A stretch of DNA of 63,988 nucleotides, the filler included, from Saprolegnia diclina VS20 (lineage: Eukaryota): assembly GCF_000281045.1 (NCBI RefSeq). It is 7 parts of 2 records of this genome, joined end to end, with 100 filler letters (N's around TTAATTAATTAA, not from the genome) between each part and the next. Parts side by side here need not be neighbours in the genome. Positions count along the whole stretch, not along the records: positions 53,207 to 62,698 come from NW_008246068.1; positions 62,799 to 63,988 come from NW_008246069.1; 5 more parts are not named here. One strand, given 5' to 3'. The notes under the pieces were generated by a model, which was not told where the DNA came from, did not search any database, and worked only from the letters and a program-made list of their open reading frames with translations. Both the position numbers and the translations under genes were made by a program. The first letter of the stretch is position 1; each line of letters starts with the position of its first letter. This document shows positions 57,475 to 63,988 of the stretch, one piece after another.

Positions 57475-60313
57475 ATGGCGTCGGCACCAACATCGACCGA
57501 GCCGTGGGCGGCGACTGAGACGGGCATGGACGACGATCTCGGCCGCGGCAGTGACAGCGACAACGACGACGACGATGACGACGACGACGACGATCCGGCC
57601 AACGATGAGCAGACGATCGTGGACATTGGCAAGCACCAGCGCATGCAGCGCATTCAGAAAGTGTTGTTTGACCAACTCGTCGGGAACGACGAGCGGATTA
57701 CGCTCGAGTTGCGCGAGAAGGAAGAGGAGCTTCGCCGCGCCAAGGCCAAGCGCGAAGACTTGGGCGTCGAGCTCTACGGTGTCCAGCAGCAGCTCGCACA
57801 ACTCCAAATTTCGCTCGAAGGGTCGCACAACAAGCTCAATGAGCAACACGACGCGCGGTTCCGGGCCGAAGACGGGCTTGACGACGTCAAAGATGCGTTC
57901 ACCAAAAAGAAGCTCGTGGTCGAGAAGAGCCAGAGTCAAATGAAGAAGGCGCAGACCGAGCTCGATGCGCTCAACGCGACGCTGCGCCAAGTTGAAGCGT
58001 ACAACCAAGAAATGAAGAGCGAGATTGCACGCAACCAGCGCGCGGCGCACAAGGCCGAAGAGACCGTCTCGACGCTCGAGAAGGAGAAGAAGAAGCAAGA
58101 CCTCTTTATCGACAAGCTCACGGAAGAAGTCAAGTTCTTAAAGGAGCAGACGACGCTCTTTGCGTCGCAACTCAAGACCCAAAAGCAAGAGACGATCGCG
58201 GCCGAAGACACGTTGAAAGAAGCCGCAAAGCAAATGGAAGCGACGGCGTTTGAAAAGAAACAGCTTATGCAGCAGTGGAAGAGCTCGCTCATTGGCATGA
58301 GCCAGCGCGACCAAGCGCTCATGGCCACCCAAGCCGCGATCAGCACGGTCGTCGAGCAAGATTTGGCGCTGGCGTCCGAGATCCGCGGCTACAAGTCGTC
58401 GATCGAGAAGGCGCAGACGGTGCACGAGACGCTCACGGGCACGATGGACCGGTTTGACTCGGAAAACAAGTTTGTGGAAGAGCAGCTCGGGACGCTGCAG
58501 CAGGACATGGCCAAGCTCTCTGAGCGCCACGAAATGCTGACCAAATCCAACAAGCAGACCCAAAGTCAAGTCGAGAAAGTGGTTGCCGACGGGAAGAAGC
58601 TCGACGCCGAGACTACGTCCGCGGCGCAGACGCTCGAGACGGTCCAGAAAGAACGCCACGCGCTCGAGGACGCGATCCAAGCCCAGAAAAACACTCAGAC
58701 GACCATGAACAAGGCCGCCAACAACCTCGTGAAGGAAGCGCAGAAGATCCAGACGCTGATCCACGAAAAAGAGATTTTGTATGCCAACATCAAGAACGAA
58801 ATGGCGCGCGTCAACGTCGACATTCTCAACGTCCAAGCGCACAGCGCGCAGCTGAAAGAAGAGCAGGAGAAGAACGTGACCGAGCTCAAGGCCAAAGACC
58901 TTGCGGTCGAGAAGACAGAGCTCGAGATCCGCCAGCGCAACGACGAGATCGAGAAAAAGGTATGCGACAGGATTGTAGAACATGTCGTCTGAGTTCAAAC
59001 GGTTTAGATGCTCCGTTTAGACCGACTGAACAAAAAATACGAGCAACTCGTGTCCAATATGGAAGATGAGAACACGGGCCCGCTCGAGGCGACGATCAAG
59101 AACATCAAGAAGGAGACGGCGCAGCGCAAGAAAGAAAACGTCGAGCTCCAGCGCGATTGGCTGCAGATTCAAACGTCCTTGGTATGAACAACATGTCTGT
59201 AGCGATGCGGCATTAGTGTCATTAGGTCAACTTGACGGCTGAGAGCGAAGACATTCGCGAGAAGAACCAAGAGCTCAAGAGCAAAACGAGCATCCTCGAG
59301 CAAAAGCAACTGCGGCTCGTGGGCGAATGCAGTCATTTGCAGTCGGAAGTCAAGGAGCTCCGCGCCGGCATTACGAGCATGCACATTGATACCGTCAAGC
59401 TCAACGAGCTCATTGCCAAGAACAAGGACAAGCAGGAGCTGCTCCAGAACGTCAATTTCAGCCTTGAGATTGAGTTTAAGCGCGAACTCAAAGAGCTGGA
59501 GGCCGAGTCGATCGCGATGGAAGCCCAGGCACAGACCATCAAATCCGAGAAGCAAGTGCTACTCGACCAGATCATCGAAGTCGAGCGCCAGATCATGCTC
59601 TGGGAGAAGAAGATCCAGATCGAGAAGGAGACCCAGGCCGCGCTCGACCCCGAGGTCGGTCAAGCCGAGGCACGCAACATGGAAAAGGAGATTCACCGCA
59701 TGCGTCTCCGCCTTGAAGCCCTCGAGCGCGACCAAGAGCGCATGGTGCTCGATATGGAGCGAGCGATCCACAAGGTATAGTTGTACTCAATCAATGTGTT
59801 TCTAACGCGATACTGTAGCGCGACGCGATCGCGATGCGCGGACGCGGCAAGAAGGACTCGGACGTGACCCAAGCGTCGCTCTTGACCAAGGTCGCAACAC
59901 TGCAAAACAAGTGCCGCAAAGCCACAAAAGAAACGAGCGCGTTGGAGCGCGCGATCAAGCAGCGCTCGATCCAGAGCGAAGACGTCACGTTCCAGATGGA
60001 CAAGATCAGCCGCGACCTCAAGCAGCAAGAAGAGCGAGCGGCGACGCTCCAGCGCTCGATCAACCAAGCGCTGTACGACAAGCAGCGCTTCATCGACAAC
60101 GAAGGCCGCAAACAGCGCCTCCTGAAGCGCTGGGAACACATTGCCCAAGGCAAGGGCTTCGACCCGGCGAACGAGGCCAAGAGCATTGCCGAGCGTGAAA
60201 AGGCGACCGAGGACACGCGCAAGATCCGAGAGCTCATCCAAGCACTCCAAGACCAGAACCCGCACCTCAAAGAAGTACTTACACGCGTCGCCATGTTGGC
60301 CGAGCCTGTCTAA
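57475..60313 (+). CDS. CCDC40: Coiled-coil domain-containing protein 40 (axonemal 96-nm ruler subunit)
   Basis: REDLGVELYGVQQQLAQLQ, KKKQDLFIDKL, EKKQLMQQWKSSLIGM, GPLEATI, IMLWEKKIQIEKE, MEKEIHRM; three short introns. Confidence 0.88.
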
Positions 60314-60829
60314 CAACCTCTACTACCGACATACTCTATGATGGAATATGCGGCGCTTTGCGCAGATACCGCAAAACATCCAATACATTGTAATGCTGTG
60401 GACTAGGAAAACAGAGCGTGACGCACCTTGGCACAATACGATTTAAATCTTGTGCTGCGTCCAGGCACTGCGACAAAGTTTAATGTTTTCCATCCATTTA
60501 GACGTGATGCGTTGACCGCAGGCTTGATAGCCATTTTGCGTGTAGCCTTATCGCCTCTAACCTGACACGCCACTTACAATGACTAGCGGTCAGTCGAGTG
60601 CCCCACTTGGGCGCTGGACAAGGTGAGATGGTACGTCACGACGTACATCATGTGTTTTTACATCTATCCCGATAGCTATCCCGATGCGCAAGGGTCCCCT
60701 CCAAAAGTTGCCATCACTGTGCAGCAACAGTCAGACAGAATTCTCAGGACATAAAACCTGGGTTTTGTGCCCTTAGCCTATCTATTTCGGTGGTTTTGCC
60801 CGAGAGCCAATCACTTGAGTTTTCAAAAC

Positions 60830-62547
60830 ATGTACCCGACGCTGTGCAAGCCGCAGACGCTCGACATTGAGCGCCGTCGTGTCGTGCTCAGCGAGCGCGA
60901 GTACAAGAGCGTGCGCTACCACGAGCCAATGGCGGGCAAGTCCAAGCACGGCATGGGTACGCACACCATAGGGGTTCATGGCGGCTGACACGCGGCTCTC
61001 GTAGCGTTCTACCTCGTTGCCATTGGCCGCAGTAAGATCTACTTGTTTGACCTGCAAAAAACCACCTCGCGCCCGATCGTTCTGCCCATGAACGCCATCA
61101 CGTCGCTTGCCAAGGTCATTCCAACCAAGTTTGGGTCCGAGCGGCAAATTCTGCTCTGCGACGACAGCGAGTTGTATGCGCTTACGCTCCGCGACGACGT
61201 TGGCAAGGCTCCGTCCAGTACAGCACTGTCTTGTCGGATCAAGTAGGATACGTTTGTCGGTGGTGTAGCCTACTACTTGGCATCGTTCGAAGCAGCGTCC
61301 AAGGCCTTTGTCTACCTCGATCAAAGCTGGGCGGCGTACCTCGAGGTAAACATTTGTACTTGCAATGGAGTAGATCGACAATGAACTAGCGGTGCGTGCT
61401 CTCGCCCAAGAAGCTGACGACGTCGTCGTCTCAAACCACGCTACTCTTTCACGCGATTGTGGCCGAGTTTGCCGACACGAGCGATATCATCCTTCGGCAG
61501 AGGCTCTTGCTGGAGCTCAGTCAGTCAGCCGTGGACGCCGTGCTACTGAAGCGCCTCTTCTTCAATGTACCTCGCTTCTCAACTCGCTTGGCGTCAGAGT
61601 CGATGGTAGGAAGACACCATGTTTCGTTCCGGTGACGCATTATGTCATGGTTTGCCGTCGCTCCTGTTGCATCTTTTGAGGCAGCTCAACGACCGCAGCG
61701 CAAGCGATCTCCCCCGCGTTGCCCAGCTCGAGTAGTACCTCAGCTATTCGTTCGTAGGTCGAACAATCTATTGGGTGGAATAGGTTTGTCCTCGCCTTGC
61801 TCGGCTGCTATCACGCCATGGTGTTCGACAGCCACACACTGGTGGAACGCCAGACATTTCTCAAACGCTGGTGACGCACTCCTCCTTTTTGTCACTGACT
61901 GCATTTCGAATATAGTGGTCACTCGTTTTGTGACGTGGCGGCTGTCTTTGCGCTCAACTATACCAAAGGCGAAGCTGACACAGCGTTGTCCGAGCACGAC
62001 AAGACAATAGCACGGACGCTGCGAATGCGCATCATCGAGACGCAAGCCGCGATCTTGTTGCAGCTCTACGCCTTTCACCACGAAGTACTATCTATCTTAT
62101 TGTCTATCGTCACAACCAACAAGAGTTAGCTGATCGAGTGCTTTCCCGATACCTCGCTGGCGCCGACGACAGTGCATTTTTTCGATTTGATGGTCGCGGC
62201 ACCGACGTACCACAAGTGGTTTCAGCGAGCGATGACGCGGGCGGGTCTCCTCTATGCCGCGACGGAGAATGATAAGACGCTCGACGCCCTGCGACTTTAT
62301 TGGCTCGTCTCAGTCATCTACCTCACGTTGGCAAGCAACTACCGCGTTCGAGCATGGATCTGCGACGACTGCTTCGACACCTACACGTACGCTCTCTCGA
62401 TACATTGATACTCTGAAACGTTTCGGTAGGCTCTTGTGGTGCAGCCCGGGGTCGCTCGCACGCTGGACAAAGAACGAGACCAACGTCTTTGCAACGCGTG
62501 CGGCCACCCACATTCAACACATTTTACGGGCTTGTGCAGAGTCGTGA
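60830..62547 (+). CDS. Hypothetical multi-exon protein, possibly C12orf56/DUF4551-like
   Basis: Chain of short ORFs separated by GT-AG introns; VLSEREYKSVRYHEP loosely resembles the C12orf56 N-terminus (from memory, weak). Confidence 0.4.
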
Positions 62548-62698
62548 GTTAGGACGAGAGCGCTGCTTTCATATTTGATGCCGTCAAAACTTGTAGCGCA
62601 GTTACCTTATTCGTCAAGGTTTGATGGCCAACTTGATGGCCAACTTGAACCCCACTATTGTTACTCGTTGACGATGGGAGGATCACCAACAGGAGAGT

Positions 62699-62798
62699 NN
62701 NNNNNNNNNNNNNNNNNNNNNNNNNNNNNNNNNNNNNNNNNNTTAATTAATTAANNNNNNNNNNNNNNNNNNNNNNNNNNNNNNNNNNNNNNNNNNNN
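62699..62798. other. Artificial contig linker
   Basis: N44-TTAATTAATTAA-N44. Confidence 0.97.
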
Positions 62799-63561
62799 AG
62801 CGGCTCGAAAAGCACATTCGCAAACGCATTGATGGGGCGCTCGAACCACAAGATGACGCGGCCGATGATGAGCTTGGTCATGATGATGATGACGAGCCAC
62901 ACGCCGAGCTGGATGAGCCAGACGCTAGTAGTTGTCGTACATGAGGCAAGGCGACGACGAGAGACTTACCGCGTCTGGATCGGGTTGCCGTAGAAGCCCG
63001 GCACTTGGAGCGCTTTCCAGTGGAAGCGACGCTATAGGACAGAGTTGCATCATGAGCATCCTGTGTGCTGTCGGCGGCAGAGACGCCAAGAAAGATGGTC
63101 GTACCGCAAGGAGCACGGAGCAGTGGAGGAGGAACCAGTTGAGCGCGACGCCAAAGCTCGTGTCAAGAGTAAAGTTGATAAAGTAAAAGGCGCACTGCAG
63201 AATAGCCCATGAGCCACCAAAGATGGTCGTGGGATCGCACCTCGTCCGCGTTTTCCTTCTCGGTCGAGTATTGCACGAGCAAAATCGCAATCGTGAGGTT
63301 CGCCGCGTGCGCCCAGCCCGCGCCGATGCACTGCTTGGACGCGTCAAAGAGCCACACCTACGCATGAGCATGAGCCATGCGCCATGAACGTTCGCTTGTA
63401 GTACGTACGCGGAACGGGCGCTGCGGGTGTTCAAAGTACCGCTTGCAGATGAGGACGGACATGGCGATGAGGCCAAGCGAGACTTGGATAAAGGTCTCAA
63501 AGGGCCCGCTGAGGAGCTTGCACTCGTTGGCGACGATCGACGTCGAGTTCGCGGCCACCAT
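62799..63561 (-). CDS. STIMATE: STIMATE/TMEM110-family membrane protein, 3' end in gap
   Basis: CKLLSGPF..IQ, KRYFEHPQRPFR|VWLFDASKQ..GA..AH..N, C.FYFINFTLDTSFG, G.YGNP. Confidence 0.82.
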
Positions 63562-63988
63562 ACTCGTCCTGCTCTTGCTGCGTAGAATCCTGGAGTAAGA
63601 ACGGAGGGCGATGGAATGAGCGACTCTTGAGAAAATCTTGGCTCTCTTATTATTCGTGCGCTATACAGAGTATTTGTATGCATAATTGATTTGGTTTTAA
63701 ATCACTTGAAATGCGAGAGTGGTTGTGGCGAGCGCATGTCAGTTGGATGATGAATGCTGGATGCTGGATACGCAAATTTTGCGCAAAGCCAAGGGGATGG
63801 GCCATCGCGTCAAGAGAGGGTCCCGCCGTGACGTCAGCGACCCAGCATCGCGCCACGGCCGCCGACACCCTCGCTGCCTATTCCATCGACCGCAACAGAG
63901 CGGATTCGGCTCTGGAATCCGAGATTCGTCGCAAATATTCGCGCTCGCTGGCTCCAACCATGATCCATGATACGAACAGGTCCTCCTC

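Overview
Gene-dense eukaryotic DNA with GC-rich coding regions and many very short (about 40-50 nt) GT-AG introns. Gene content (FYVE-GAF, START-FYVE, CxxHGGG zinc-finger repeats, CCDC40) and intron size point to an oomycete, probably Saprolegniales; this assignment is an inference. Six 100-nt linkers (N44-TTAATTAATTAA-N44) are artificial contig joins, so gene order across them is not evidence of synteny. About 30 protein-coding genes or fragments can be rebuilt by hand, including RNF32-like, DNAJC25, SAC1, spinster-like MFS, papain-like protease, homoserine dehydrogenase, ALKBH6, a TRP-like channel, GST, a multidomain sorting nexin, CCDC40 and STIMATE. The standout is a 4-exon gene (9928-12110, 685 aa when spliced) that the ORF track hides. 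It encodes a predicted mitochondrial fusion of a gamma-butyrobetaine-hydroxylase-like Fe/2OG dioxygenase with a PhnZ-related HD-domain (putative diiron oxygenase) module. The HD module lacks the phosphonate-binding motifs, and the linker carries an MPP-like cleavage motif, making this a candidate uncharacterised two-oxygenase catabolic pathway. Secondary finds are a PXA-RUN-DysF-FYVE-PX sorting nexin, an RRM-less protein with two UAP56-binding motifs, a tRNA/SINE-like dispersed repeat and a ~105-bp repeat family. All family assignments come from motif recognition by eye; no searches were run.
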